A stretch of DNA of 64,000 bases from a virus. Lineage: Duplodnaviria > Heunggongvirae > Uroviricota > Caudoviricetes. Below the pieces are notes generated by a model that saw nothing but the letters and a program-made list of their open reading frames with translations, was not told the origin of the DNA and searched no databases. The stretch lies in the IMG/VR virus record IMGVR_UViG_3300050821_008494, one strand, 5' to 3'. Positions 1 to 8,888 of this stretch are shown here, piece after piece; position 1 is the stretch's first letter; every line of letters starts with the position of its first letter. The translations under genes were made by a program, and so were the position numbers.

Positions 1-60
1 TGGGAAAGACACGACAGCTACGGCAAGAGATGGCGTAGACTCTCGGAGAAGAGCAAGGTA

Positions 61-249
61 GTGACAGCAGGCAAGGGAACACTACGTTGCGCCTTCTGCG
101 AAGGCTCAGGAAAGGACCCCAACTCATTCATCGTCCATCGTCCCTGCCAAGTTTGTCGTGGAACAGGAGCTGTCCCCATAAGCTCCTTGGCAAAGCCGGG
201 AGCCCAATACTCTAGGAAGACGTCTCTTTCCGGAGGTCAGAGAGCTTGA
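61..249 (+). CDS. small DnaJ-type zinc-finger protein (two CxxCxGxG motifs: CAFCEGSGK, CQVCRGTGA)
   Basis: ORF track; motif read from translation. Confidence 0.45.
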   Translation: MTAGKGTLRCAFCEGSGKDPNSFIVHRPCQVCRGTGAVPISSLAKPGAQYSRKTSLSGGQRA

Positions 250-409
250 GCGGTCGCAACGAACCAGAGTGCGAGAACGACGAGCTGCGCATCAGATTGG
301 TCAAAGGGATTCTCCAAGACAACCCGTTTGTCCGACAGGAGATAACCTCGTGGCTCGTCGGAGAGAACATCAAGGAAGCTCTGGGACTCAAGGAGGAGAA
401 GACCAAGAG

Positions 410-589
410 ATGACACTTCGACTTAGAGTAACAGCATCTCTCCTACTCATAGGTGCAGTCCTCATGGGAATCTCCTTCTTCGGAATCTACAGAGACCTCT
501 TCCTCTCAGTTGAGACGTGGGCTCTCTTGTTTGTCGTAGGCTTCATCATAGTCTACATAGCAGTAGAATCCCGGAGCTTTTCGAAATGA
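410..589 (+). CDS. small 2-TM membrane protein
   Basis: internal ATG at 410 preceded by AAGGAGGAG; hydrophobic translation; stop overlaps next start (ATGA). Confidence 0.4.
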   Translation: MTLRLRVTASLLLIGAVLMGISFFGIYRDLFLSVETWALLFVVGFIIVYIAVESRSFSK

Positions 590-876
590 GTCCGGAGCCT
601 CCGAAGAGATGGGCTGTCGTATCCTACTGCTTCGACACAGAAGGAGACACCTACGTCAGGGCAGACACCTTCTTAGAAGGAGCGGCAGGTCTCGCTCGCG
701 ACTACTATCAGAGGTGCATCGGTCACCACGGCACATCTCTTCTCGCCGGGGAAATTGTCAAGTGTCTTATTCTCCCTGACGGAGCAACAGCAACGAGAGT
801 TATTCTAACAGAGATTAAGGCTCTCGCCGAGTTCGACGGAACTGAGCAGTATCACTTGGAGGGTGACTACAGCTGA
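586..876 (+). CDS. hypothetical protein
   Basis: ATGA overlap with upstream gene; ORF track frame 517..876. Confidence 0.4.
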   Translation: MSPEPPKRWAVVSYCFDTEGDTYVRADTFLEGAAGLARDYYQRCIGHHGTSLLAGEIVKCLILPDGATATRVILTEIKALAEFDGTEQYHLEGDYS

Positions 877-938
877 GTCAGATTCACGAGGGACACAGGG
901 AAAGCCTCAGCATCCTACTGACCTCCGAGAACAGGCGC

Positions 939-1238
939 TTGGTAGAGTTCTCTCAGCGCCTTCACTCGGCTCTAGGAGACTTAGACGTATGGGATGAGGA
1001 GTTCCATTCCGGTATTCCCTACATCCAGATGACCTCGGAGCACACGTGCCGTGTTCTTCTTCCCGTCATGGCCTTTCTCAAAGACGGGAAGGACTACGAC
1101 GATATGGGGCTCTGTGTATACGTCGCATCAGACGGGACCTTCTTCGGAGAGACCAAAGTTGGAATCTACATCGACGGGAAACCGAACCCAGACATGAGAC
1201 TTCACGTCAATCCAAAACATCTGGACTTGATAGCATGA
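939..1238 (+). CDS. hypothetical protein
   Basis: ORF track. Confidence 0.4.
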   Translation: MVEFSQRLHSALGDLDVWDEEFHSGIPYIQMTSEHTCRVLLPVMAFLKDGKDYDDMGLCVYVASDGTFFGETKVGIYIDGKPNPDMRLHVNPKHLDLIA

Positions 1239-1369
1239 GTCAATGTAAGAACGGCGACCACTTCGAGTTCCCTGTATATGTAAAGGAATACTCCGTCAAG
1301 CTAGGAGAGGTATACTACAGTCAGCTCATGGTCCCTGCCTGTCCCAAGTGTGGAGTAGTTCTAGAATGA
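1235..1369 (+). CDS. small zinc-ribbon protein (C..C...CPKCG)
   Basis: ATGA overlap at 1235-1238; Cys pairs. Confidence 0.35.
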   Translation: MSQCKNGDHFEFPVYVKEYSVKLGEVYYSQLMVPACPKCGVVLE

Positions 1370-1542
1370 CCCAATACTCTACTCCTGCGGGAGTCACCTT
1401 CGAAGAAAAGTGCCCATACTGCGGAGTCCACGTTGAAGTCAGGAAGTTCTCCAATACTCCTACCATAACTATTCAGAGGCACAAGACTCCTAGAGGGCAC
1501 ACCTGTCCTGCTTCCGGGCTTAACGTCAAGGAGGTCTCTTGA
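1366..1542 (+). CDS. small zinc-ribbon protein (CPYCG...HTCP)
   Basis: ATGA overlap at 1366-1369. Confidence 0.4.
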   Translation: MTQYSTPAGVTFEEKCPYCGVHVEVRKFSNTPTITIQRHKTPRGHTCPASGLNVKEVS

Positions 1543-1546
1543 TGCT

Positions 1547-1566
1547 CCTTAAGATAAGCCCTGTTG
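1547..1566. repeat. 20-nt exact repeat CCTTAAGATAAGCCCTGTTG (copy 1)
   Basis: identical copy at 4518-4537; both upstream of gene starts. Confidence 0.6.
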
Positions 1567-1618
1567 TATCTGCCAGCGCAGAAGCCCTCATAAGCTACCG
1601 AAGCGAGGAGACTTCGAT

Positions 1619-2170
1619 ATGATGAAACTAGAATCAAAGCTCGACTGCGAGCAGAACAACTGCAAGATTCCCGCAATAGGCTTCATCTACTTCGCTGGAG
1701 GCGACACATTGATGCTGCTCTGCAAAGAGCATGAGAACGAACTCGCTAGAGAATTCTCAATCTTGGAGTTGGAGGAGTTCCTTTTCGACGACCCTGATTG
1801 GGCAGCGAAACTCGTCAAGCACATGAACGAGCGAGCCAATCGGAGAGCCGCAAAATACAGTCATCTCCTCCAAGAATACGACGAAGTCCGTGGCGCACGA
1901 GTTCCGGGAGGCAAGGACATAGAGCGGGTCTTCAGAGGTCTTGTCGCTTGGAAGAAAGTCTATCCAACAGTCAGAATAACTACCATGCTTGACGGTGCGA
2001 TAGATGAGGACAATCCTTCCGGAGTCTCAGACCCAGACCTCACAGACAAGAGACTTGCCGATGCCATAGAGAGGGTTGTTGCGACTCGTCTTCCAAAGCC
2101 GAAGTCGGAAGAATCCAGAGATGCTGACCTAGAGGAGCAGCAAGAGCGCAAGGAAGCAGGCGAGACCTAG
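1619..2170 (+). CDS. hypothetical protein with acidic C-terminus
   Basis: ORF track; preceded by conserved 20-nt upstream element. Confidence 0.45.
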   Translation: MMKLESKLDCEQNNCKIPAIGFIYFAGGDTLMLLCKEHENELAREFSILELEEFLFDDPDWAAKLVKHMNERANRRAAKYSHLLQEYDEVRGARVPGGKDIERVFRGLVAWKKVYPTVRITTMLDGAIDEDNPSGVSDPDLTDKRLADAIERVVATRLPKPKSEESRDADLEEQQERKEAGET

Positions 2171-2680
2171 ATGGTGCTTCCTTTTCTGACACTCAAGGTT
2201 TCAAAGGAGCCACAGGCTCTGAGGCCTAGAGTCGTCATAAGCGAGTTTGCTCTTCCAACAGACACTCGCATAGAGTCTCGCAGGGCGAATGCCAGAAGCA
2301 TACTGGCGGTCCTCGATATGATACGGTCCGCGAAGGCAGGGCAAATCGACTTAGTCATAGAGACTCAAAAGCTCAGCTCCATAGACCCTGCCATAGTGAA
2401 AGCCCTCGGAGGATTCGAAAACATGATTCCAGAGGAATGGAAGGTCTCGAAGTATCAACTCATCCCTCTCAAGGGCACACCGGAGGAGATGATGGCAACT
2501 TGGTCTATGAACGACTGGGCGATGATATGCGGAGAACTCTCTGCATATCATAGGGGAGAAACACCAGACGTTCGGACAGACACGATAAGAGCAGGTCGCA
2601 GGCTCGAAGAAGTTCTAGGTGCATACCAGAGCAAAATCTCAAAGCTCGAAGTAAAGAAGAAGAGGAAGTCATCGCGATGA
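2171..2680 (+). CDS. hypothetical protein, basic C-terminus
   Basis: ORF track; TAGATG junction. Confidence 0.45.
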   Translation: MVLPFLTLKVSKEPQALRPRVVISEFALPTDTRIESRRANARSILAVLDMIRSAKAGQIDLVIETQKLSSIDPAIVKALGGFENMIPEEWKVSKYQLIPLKGTPEEMMATWSMNDWAMICGELSAYHRGETPDVRTDTIRAGRRLEEVLGAYQSKISKLEVKKKRKSSR

Positions 2681-2976
2681 AATGTCAAATCGACGGCTGC
2701 GAGAACGAAGAGGAGATGCCAGAAGCCAAGGGCCACATCTACCCGAGCAAGTTCATACAGAAGGTGAAGCTCGCCAAGAATGGCGACATCATCAGTCCTC
2801 GTTACGGGCCTCGCCTCTGCACATCCTGCTCAGAGACAATTTACCATCTCTTCTGGCTCGAAAGTCACGGATGGTTCGACGGACTCCCGGAGAAGCTCAT
2901 AGAGCAGCAGGACAAGATAGACAAGGAGCGGGACAAATACAATCGGCTCGTTGCAGAGCTAGGAAGGAACGCCTAG
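2677..2976 (+). CDS. zinc-ribbon protein (CQIDGC...CTSC)
   Basis: ATGA overlap; Cys motifs. Confidence 0.45.
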   Translation: MKCQIDGCENEEEMPEAKGHIYPSKFIQKVKLAKNGDIISPRYGPRLCTSCSETIYHLFWLESHGWFDGLPEKLIEQQDKIDKERDKYNRLVAELGRNA

Positions 2977-3195
2977 CGTGGCATCTCTCCTAGAGCTTGC
3001 GATAGTCTACAATGGGTTCATGGGAGCATCTCTCTTGATTGGGACATCTAGCCTCTGGTGGCCAAAGAGGAAGAGCTGATATGATGTCTTTAGACGAATG
3101 GGCGAATACACCGGAGTCAAGATGCAAAACTTGCGGAGGTCTACTTCTAGTTCCTCATCCCAAAGGTTTGCACAGCCTCAAGGTGAACATCTGAC

Positions 3196-3708
3196 TTGAA
3201 CAAGTTGCAGGTCAAACCCGGTCCAAGAGTGAGTGTCTCTCTGTATTCACAAGAGCTTCAGAGTCTCCGAAAGAGGCTTCACGAACTTATAGCAGGAAGG
3301 AAATTCTTCATCATCCTAGTCACAGGAGACCGCAATTGGCCTTGGTCGGCTCGCTTCATCATAGGTAAGGCTCTCCAAGATGTCACCAGAACTCTCGCAC
3401 CGGACGTCTTCATAGTTCTCATAGAAGGAGGAGCCAAGGGAGCCGACTACTGCGCCAAGACCTACGCCGAGAAATGCGGTTGGGGAGTCCTCGAAGTCGA
3501 GGCTCATTGGGACCTCTACGGCAATCGGGCAGGCCCCGTCCGTAACAGGCAGATGTTCGAACTAGGGCAGAATGTCATCCTAGCCTTCCACGACGATTTG
3601 TCCAAGTCACGCGGGACGAAGAGCATGGTAGGAATCTGCACCGAATCTGGAAGTCAGGTAACGCTCTACGGCACAGATGGAAAGGCCTCTACTCTCGGAA
3701 GCGAGTGA
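3196..3708 (+). CDS. DUF2493/SLOG-superfamily (DprA/LOG-like Rossmann) protein
   Basis: motifs GGAKGADYCAKTYA and W.LYGNRAGPVRNRQM resemble the phage-associated DUF2493 family. Confidence 0.5.
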   Translation: MNKLQVKPGPRVSVSLYSQELQSLRKRLHELIAGRKFFIILVTGDRNWPWSARFIIGKALQDVTRTLAPDVFIVLIEGGAKGADYCAKTYAEKCGWGVLEVEAHWDLYGNRAGPVRNRQMFELGQNVILAFHDDLSKSRGTKSMVGICTESGSQVTLYGTDGKASTLGSE

Positions 3709-3712
3709 TAGC

Positions 3713-4003
3713 ATGGCAGACTGCTCAATACCCGGTTGCGACGGTGGAGCAATCACAATGGAGTATCTCTGCCCCAAACACAAGCAGGGCATAACGGGTC
3801 ACGAGCTATACCTTCTCGCAATGGAGAATGCGAAGCGCTGGAACCACGGGACCCTTCCGTCGGCCCACATCTGCTATGGCTTTCTCTTCAGCGCCCTCCA
3901 CTACCCAGACGAAGAGTTCAAGTTCAAAGTCCCTCCGATAACCCTAGTGGACTACAGCGGAATGATTCGCGACGGCGAACTCATTGAGGAGAAGAAGGCA
4001 TGA
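3713..4003 (+). CDS. hypothetical Cys/His-containing protein
   Basis: ATG at 3713 in frame of ORF 3677..4003. Confidence 0.4.
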   Translation: MADCSIPGCDGGAITMEYLCPKHKQGITGHELYLLAMENAKRWNHGTLPSAHICYGFLFSALHYPDEEFKFKVPPITLVDYSGMIRDGELIEEKKA

Positions 4004-4254
4004 TAACTCCAGAGCGCATACTGTCTAGATACTACCCTAGCATCGACGTCGTCTGCGAAGGCAACGAGAAAGAGAAGTGCGAGAGGAAGACCCCAATCCA
4101 CTACGGTAAACCATTCAGAACCGGTGCTAGCATGGCAACTAACGAACTGATGTGGGAATCCCTAGCAGAGCATATGCGTCAGAGTAGCCACACCAAGTTC
4201 TCCTTCGAACTGAAGGATGACCCCGACTGGAAACCAAAGGAGATACTACCATGA
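4000..4254 (+). CDS. hypothetical protein
   Basis: ATGA overlap. Confidence 0.4.
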   Translation: MITPERILSRYYPSIDVVCEGNEKEKCERKTPIHYGKPFRTGASMATNELMWESLAEHMRQSSHTKFSFELKDDPDWKPKEILP

Positions 4255-4517
4255 GACGCATAACCAAAATCCTCGCTCTCCTAATCGTAGCTTCAATCCT
4301 CCCGGACTTCCTTCTTCTTCTAGGCCTGTATCTCTACTACAACATACTCAATCCTTCTCTACTCTCCTACCCTGCCCCTCACTGGCTCCTGTCTCTTCTT
4401 CTCTGGCTTCCTGCCTCGTTGATAGTATCGGTATTCTCTAGCATAGCTCTCACGACTCTAGCTTTCTTTCCCAACTTTGACATCAGGAGGAAGAGCCCTG
4501 TTGCCTCAAACCAATAG
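4251..4517 (+). CDS. small membrane protein
   Basis: ATGA overlap; hydrophobic Leu-rich translation. Confidence 0.4.
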   Translation: MRRITKILALLIVASILPDFLLLLGLYLYYNILNPSLLSYPAPHWLLSLLLWLPASLIVSVFSSIALTTLAFFPNFDIRRKSPVASNQ

Positions 4518-4537
4518 CCTTAAGATAAGCCCTGTTG
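4518..4537. repeat. 20-nt exact repeat CCTTAAGATAAGCCCTGTTG (copy 2)
   Basis: see copy 1. Confidence 0.6.
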
Positions 4538-4553
4538 AACCCTGCGCGAGGGT

Positions 4554-5027
4554 ATGAAATTGGAAGACATTGAAGCGAAAGCTAAGGAATACGCTAGGGT
4601 CGCCCATGCAGGCAAAGTCTACGGCGACAATCAGAATTACTTCGAAGCTCATCTCACGAAGGTCGCCGACATCGTCGCCTCCGTTACAGATGACCCGGAG
4701 GTCATAGCAATGGCGTGGCTTCACGACATCCTAGAAGACACATCATTCAGAGACCTCTACGGACTCTTCGGTCTCAGAATCTCTGATGGAGTAATCTGCC
4801 TCACTCGCTACAAGGAATACAAAAGTCGCGAGAAAAACGAGGAGGTCTACATCAAGAAGCTCTCTGTTGCTCCTCCCGAAGTGAAGCTCGTCAAGCTCGC
4901 CGACATCATCGTCAACATTAGCAACCTCTCGACAAAGAAGGGTGACAAGAAATTCTACCTCCGCGAGAAGCTCACAGAGCTTCAGTCCATTGGACTTGAA
5001 TCCATCTACGAGGTCATAACATCTTGA
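4554..5027 (+). CDS. RelA/SpoT-type HD-domain hydrolase, small alarmone hydrolase (Mesh1/SAH)-like
   Basis: H..H...AWLHDILEDT...FGLRISDGVICLTR matches the Rel/Spo HD hydrolase signature (HDxxEDT, FG.xV..V.gvTK). Confidence 0.6.
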   Translation: MKLEDIEAKAKEYARVAHAGKVYGDNQNYFEAHLTKVADIVASVTDDPEVIAMAWLHDILEDTSFRDLYGLFGLRISDGVICLTRYKEYKSREKNEEVYIKKLSVAPPEVKLVKLADIIVNISNLSTKKGDKKFYLREKLTELQSIGLESIYEVITS

Positions 5028-5326
5028 GCGTCAAGGTAGACTACAGGCTCACAGAACGTTACACCTCCGACTATCATGCTACGTGGAAGGCAATCGAGGC
5101 AGAAGGCCTCATTCCATTAAAATCGTTCGATGGCAAAGTAGAAGTCATGGAGAGACGTCCTCATTGGTATGAACTAATCGGACCAACACCAATCGGGGAG
5201 CTTGACTTTTATGAATACGGTATAATCTTCGGAAGAGTCAGGGACAGAGCCACACTTCAGAGAGTCCTAGACCTAGCTCAGACCATATCGAAGGCTACCG
5301 GCAAGCACGTTGAGGTTAGACCGTGA
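5024..5326 (+). CDS. hypothetical protein
   Basis: ATGA overlap. Confidence 0.4.
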   Translation: MSVKVDYRLTERYTSDYHATWKAIEAEGLIPLKSFDGKVEVMERRPHWYELIGPTPIGELDFYEYGIIFGRVRDRATLQRVLDLAQTISKATGKHVEVRP

Positions 5327-5967
5327 GCCTCACAATCCCTCCCATAGTCAAAGTCATACCCAAGGGCCGCTCTGGCAAATGGTCTGTAGACCACTACACC
5401 CCGGAGGAAGACGAGGTTGCAGCAGAGAGCTACAAGTGGCATACCTACGGAGCCGGACTAGCTCGCTACACCCAGAAGGGAGGAACCTTTGCCGTCCTCA
5501 GAGACCACAGTATGTGGGGCTCCGGCGAAGTAGTCATGTCAGACACCCCAATGGAACGCGAGTCCAACCGCCAAGTCATAGAGCACGCCCACGGCAAAGT
5601 CCTCATCGCCGGTCTAGGCCTTGGGATGGTCGTTCTTCCTCTCTTCTCCAAGAAGGAAGCGACTTCAATCCTCGTAGTTGAGAAGGAGCAGGACGTCATC
5701 AATCTAGTCCTCAAACATCTCAAGAAGCTCGATAAGCGCAACAAGCTCACAGTAGTCCTCGGAGACATCAAGACCTACGAGACCACGGAGAAGTTCGACA
5801 CCATATACTTCGACATCTGGGAAGGCATCTCTGCCCAAATCTGGGAAGACTACAAGGAACTCAAGGCACGCTTCGCTCGCAACCGGGCGAAGGGCTTCTG
5901 GATGAGCTGCTGGATGAGGGAAGAAACCAGAGCCATGTTCCATAGTGAGAACCGGAGCGGATGGTAA
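5323..5967 (+). CDS. spermidine-synthase-like (PABS fold) class I SAM-dependent transferase
   Basis: GKVLIAGLGLGM (G-rich motif I), VVEKEQDV (acidic motif II), FDTIYFDIW. Confidence 0.4.
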   Translation: MSLTIPPIVKVIPKGRSGKWSVDHYTPEEDEVAAESYKWHTYGAGLARYTQKGGTFAVLRDHSMWGSGEVVMSDTPMERESNRQVIEHAHGKVLIAGLGLGMVVLPLFSKKEATSILVVEKEQDVINLVLKHLKKLDKRNKLTVVLGDIKTYETTEKFDTIYFDIWEGISAQIWEDYKELKARFARNRAKGFWMSCWMREETRAMFHSENRSGW

Positions 5968-5968
5968 A

Positions 5969-6544
5969 ATGGACGAGTGGAAAGAATCCATGAAGCGTCT
6001 CCCTCGCGATGAGAGGTTGGTAGTCCTTCACATCATGGAGGAAATCGAATCCGTTCGAGGTATGCGCTCCTCAATAGACCAGAAGGAAGTCGAGAGAGTC
6101 ACGACCTCCGTATTCAGCAAGGCAGAGGCTCTCGTGAAAGACGCCAACGACAGGCTAGAGGGCATCGACAAGTCTTTGGCCTCGGTCTTTCATAGGTTCG
6201 CTGTCGGAGTAATAGACACTCAGTCGTATGTAGTCTCCTCCGCTCTCGTCATAGGAGCCTTGTGCAAACTAATGGGTGCCAAGATAGAGTTCAGGATAAG
6301 ACCGGAGCACAAGAGCCGGTCTGGAGTCCTCTCCGAATTCGGAGACGGGTGGGTCCCCATCTCAACGGCCAATGGAGAGAAATTCCTCTTCAGAGTCGTG
6401 AAGGACGGCGTCCCTCTCCTCCCTCTACAAAGCCTTCTGGACGACGAATCTGCTCAGGCGTTTGTCACGTGGTCGAAGGGCTTAGACGGTGCCATAAAGA
6501 GGATTGGAACCATAGCAGAGGGGCCGGGAGCACAGGAGGAATGA
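5969..6544 (+). CDS. hypothetical protein
   Basis: ATG just after upstream stop, in frame of ORF 5945..6544. Confidence 0.4.
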   Translation: MDEWKESMKRLPRDERLVVLHIMEEIESVRGMRSSIDQKEVERVTTSVFSKAEALVKDANDRLEGIDKSLASVFHRFAVGVIDTQSYVVSSALVIGALCKLMGAKIEFRIRPEHKSRSGVLSEFGDGWVPISTANGEKFLFRVVKDGVPLLPLQSLLDDESAQAFVTWSKGLDGAIKRIGTIAEGPGAQEE

Positions 6545-6759
6545 GCACCGCAACAGATGAAGAGCACTGGCGTAGGATATACTGGCTTACAACATGTGTT
6601 CTATTCGGTCTCTTCTGTCTCGGACTCTCCGGACTATTCGTGATAGGATGGGATTCTGAGACTCCTGCCGTTGTGAGATACTTCTTCGTGGCAGCCTTCC
6701 TAATTCTGTCCGCTATGTTCGACATAATGGGGATTGCAGGATGGAGAAGGAGACACTGA
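6541..6759 (+). CDS. small membrane protein
   Basis: ATGA overlap; two hydrophobic helices. Confidence 0.35.
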   Translation: MSTATDEEHWRRIYWLTTCVLFGLFCLGLSGLFVIGWDSETPAVVRYFFVAAFLILSAMFDIMGIAGWRRRH

Positions 6760-7049
6760 AACAAGACTTCTTCGACGAAGAGAAGGCAAAGTATGACAGA
6801 GCCTTCCCTAGTCTCTCCAAGGTCTTCCCGAAGAACGTCTACATCGCTCTAGGCCCCATGATGGTAAAGCTCCAATGGCTCATGGAAGGTCAGTGCAGAA
6901 TCTGCTCGGGTTGGAATTGCGACCGATACGTCATAGGCCACTACAAAATCCTCGGTCAGAACGTCAACGGAATCTGCACAACCTGCTTTCTGAGCCTCCT
7001 GAAGTTCAAGAAGCTCGCGAGAGTCGTGAAGCCGAGCGAGATGAAATGA
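6741..7049 (+). CDS. zinc-finger protein (CRICSGWNC...CTTC)
   Basis: ORF track. Confidence 0.4.
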   Translation: MEKETLKQDFFDEEKAKYDRAFPSLSKVFPKNVYIALGPMMVKLQWLMEGQCRICSGWNCDRYVIGHYKILGQNVNGICTTCFLSLLKFKKLARVVKPSEMK

Positions 7050-7050
7050 A

Positions 7051-7179
7051 ATGGGTCTCGAATGCCGGAACTGCCACACCATAGGGAAAATTAACTCCAA
7101 CAGCGACGGCTCTCTCTACTGCCTAGCCTGCGATACTCGGCTCAAGCCAAGCGAAGTCATAATGACACCTCCACTCTAG
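7051..7179 (+). CDS. 42-aa zinc-ribbon peptide (CRNC...CLAC)
   Basis: found by hand; below ORF-track length cutoff. Confidence 0.25.
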   Translation: MGLECRNCHTIGKINSNSDGSLYCLACDTRLKPSEVIMTPPL

Positions 7180-7187
7180 TGACAACA

Positions 7188-7706
7188 ATGATTACAACTC
7201 GTCAAATTCGCTCCCTCTTCATCTCAGTAATAGGCCTGCGTTTGTCGGCTCTTTTCATTACAGTCTACGCTCTCAACTTCAGCCACTTCTACGAGAAGGA
7301 CCCTGCAGTCAGCCCAATCTTCGACACAGTCGGGACGGTCGGAGGAACCTTCATCTACACAGTCATCCTCCTCTTCGCCCTGCTACTCATCTACGACTCT
7401 CTAGCCAAGACCCATGAGCAATGGCATGGCTGGATATTCGGCACATACTACCTAGTCCTCCTCATAACATTCCTCGACGTCCTGAATGACGTCTTCATAG
7501 TCTTCCTGCCTACTCTCTACCTCTACTTCTCCGACGTCACGGCTCTCACAATCCTCTTCTTCGCGCAAGGCGCAGGAGTCCTAGTCGGACTACACATCAT
7601 GTCAATGGCAAACTTCCAAGTCAAAACCCGTGCCCAGAGATTCGCCGTTGATGCTCTTATCTGGCCGGTTAAGCTCATCAAAGTCTACAGGAGAAGACCT
7701 TCATGA
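7188..7706 (+). CDS. polytopic membrane protein
   Basis: ATG at 7188 in frame of ORF 7179..7706; multiple TM segments. Confidence 0.45.
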   Translation: MITTRQIRSLFISVIGLRLSALFITVYALNFSHFYEKDPAVSPIFDTVGTVGGTFIYTVILLFALLLIYDSLAKTHEQWHGWIFGTYYLVLLITFLDVLNDVFIVFLPTLYLYFSDVTALTILFFAQGAGVLVGLHIMSMANFQVKTRAQRFAVDALIWPVKLIKVYRRRPS

Positions 7707-7945
7707 CTTCTGAATCAAAGAAGAAGTTCTGGACTCTGCCAAGAGTTATTCTCTATGTGTTCTTCTTCTCCTTTTTCGTGACTCCTCAAATCGCAATAGA
7801 ATTCTTCGGAGGCTACCCTCTAGGAGTTCAGAGACTCTACAACATACTTTTGTCAGCTTTCCCTTACGTCACGGTAGCAGTGGTTGCCGTTACGGCGACT
7901 CTCGCAGCACTCATCCTGCTTTTCGGAAAGGAGAAGAAAAAGTAA
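7703..7945 (+). CDS. small membrane protein
   Basis: ATGA overlap. Confidence 0.4.
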   Translation: MTSESKKKFWTLPRVILYVFFFSFFVTPQIAIEFFGGYPLGVQRLYNILLSAFPYVTVAVVAVTATLAALILLFGKEKKK

Positions 7946-8275
7946 ATGCCTCGCTGCGTCGTCTGTGGAACAACCGAAGGTCTCGAACTCGACAAGGGCC
8001 GCTACAAGTGCCCAGACCATCGCGGCTCCCTCGAAGAGATTGAGTCCAAGATTCCCTTCGTTGACCCTTTCCCGGAGGTCGCCATTATGATAGAGACCCT
8101 TGAAGGGAGACCTCACGTTCATAAGGACAGGAACTCAGATGTCATCAAAGCGAGCGTCACTTGGGACTACGTCCTCAAGGAGAAAGCCAAGAGAGAGGCT
8201 CGCGAGAACTCTCCAAGGAAGATTCCAAGCCAAGCCGACATATCACGCCAAGAGGTGAAGACGAGATACCACTAA
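7946..8275 (+). CDS. zinc-ribbon protein
   Basis: CVVCG...CPDH. Confidence 0.4.
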   Translation: MPRCVVCGTTEGLELDKGRYKCPDHRGSLEEIESKIPFVDPFPEVAIMIETLEGRPHVHKDRNSDVIKASVTWDYVLKEKAKREARENSPRKIPSQADISRQEVKTRYH

Positions 8276-8505
8276 CCTCAGACTTCATCCTTGGCCTCTC
8301 TCTTGGCCTGTCTCTCGGAGTCTTCCTCTACATAGTAGTCCTCCTGCTCAACTCCTCTCGCTCATTCTGTCATCGCTGTCACAAGCCAATTTACGTGAGG
8401 CCTGTCATAATCAAGGACGAGAACGCTAACGACTTCGAAGAATGGCGCAGCTATCATCGCAAGTGTTACATGATAGCTCACGGCAAAGAGGAGGTCACTA
8501 CTTAG

Positions 8506-8634
8506 ATGCCGAAGGCCAAAATAAAGCGCACCAAGAAGAAGAATCCTATGACTTCCGAGTCCCTTATGAGAGAGGCAACAGAACGAATCGAGAAAATGTG
8601 GGAGCGCAATGAGAAGGAAGTCAAAGCGCTATGA
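8506..8634 (+). CDS. small basic protein
   Basis: TAGATG junction; stop overlaps next start (ATGA). Confidence 0.3.
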   Translation: MPKAKIKRTKKKNPMTSESLMREATERIEKMWERNEKEVKAL

Positions 8635-8888
8635 ATCTCGATACATTCTTCCTCTTCAGTCAGGGTTTCATAACAGGCTACTTCGTAGGAATACTCTCAG
8701 TTGTAATTTTCATGGTCTATGTGACAGCCAGAGACCAATGCGAGGTCTGTAAGAAGGACATATGGTTCAGGACACTAGAGATTGTAGAGCCTCAGCTGAC
8801 ATACGAAAACGGCTACCGCTATCACAAGCGCCACACATACCACAGAGACTGCTACTCTAATCGTCTCCCGAAGGGGATTCAGGTTTGA
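8631..8888 (+). CDS. membrane-anchored Cys/His protein
   Basis: N-terminal TM then CEVCKK...H..H..C. Confidence 0.4.
   Translation: MNLDTFFLFSQGFITGYFVGILSVVIFMVYVTARDQCEVCKKDIWFRTLEIVEPQLTYENGYRYHKRHTYHRDCYSNRLPKGIQV

Noticed and set aside
1547-4537. Possible CRISPR-like repeat (20-nt exact repeat)
   Set aside because: Only two copies, about 3 kb apart, with no regular spacers and no cas genes. It is an intergenic regulatory duplication.
5310-5681. Arg/Pro/His-rich alternative-frame ORFs (also 50806-51381, 52736-53221, 54057-54542, 55660-56115, 58045-58563, 61253-61864, 26495-27145 minus)
   Set aside because: Low-complexity translations typical of off-frame or antisense shadows of GC-rich real genes; each overlaps a gene with recognisable domains.
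8161-8505. ORF-track 114-aa ORF
   Set aside because: The N-terminal part overlaps the end of the 7946 gene in another frame. Only the C-terminal Cys/His part (after about 8276) looks coding, and it lacks a clear start. Not annotated.
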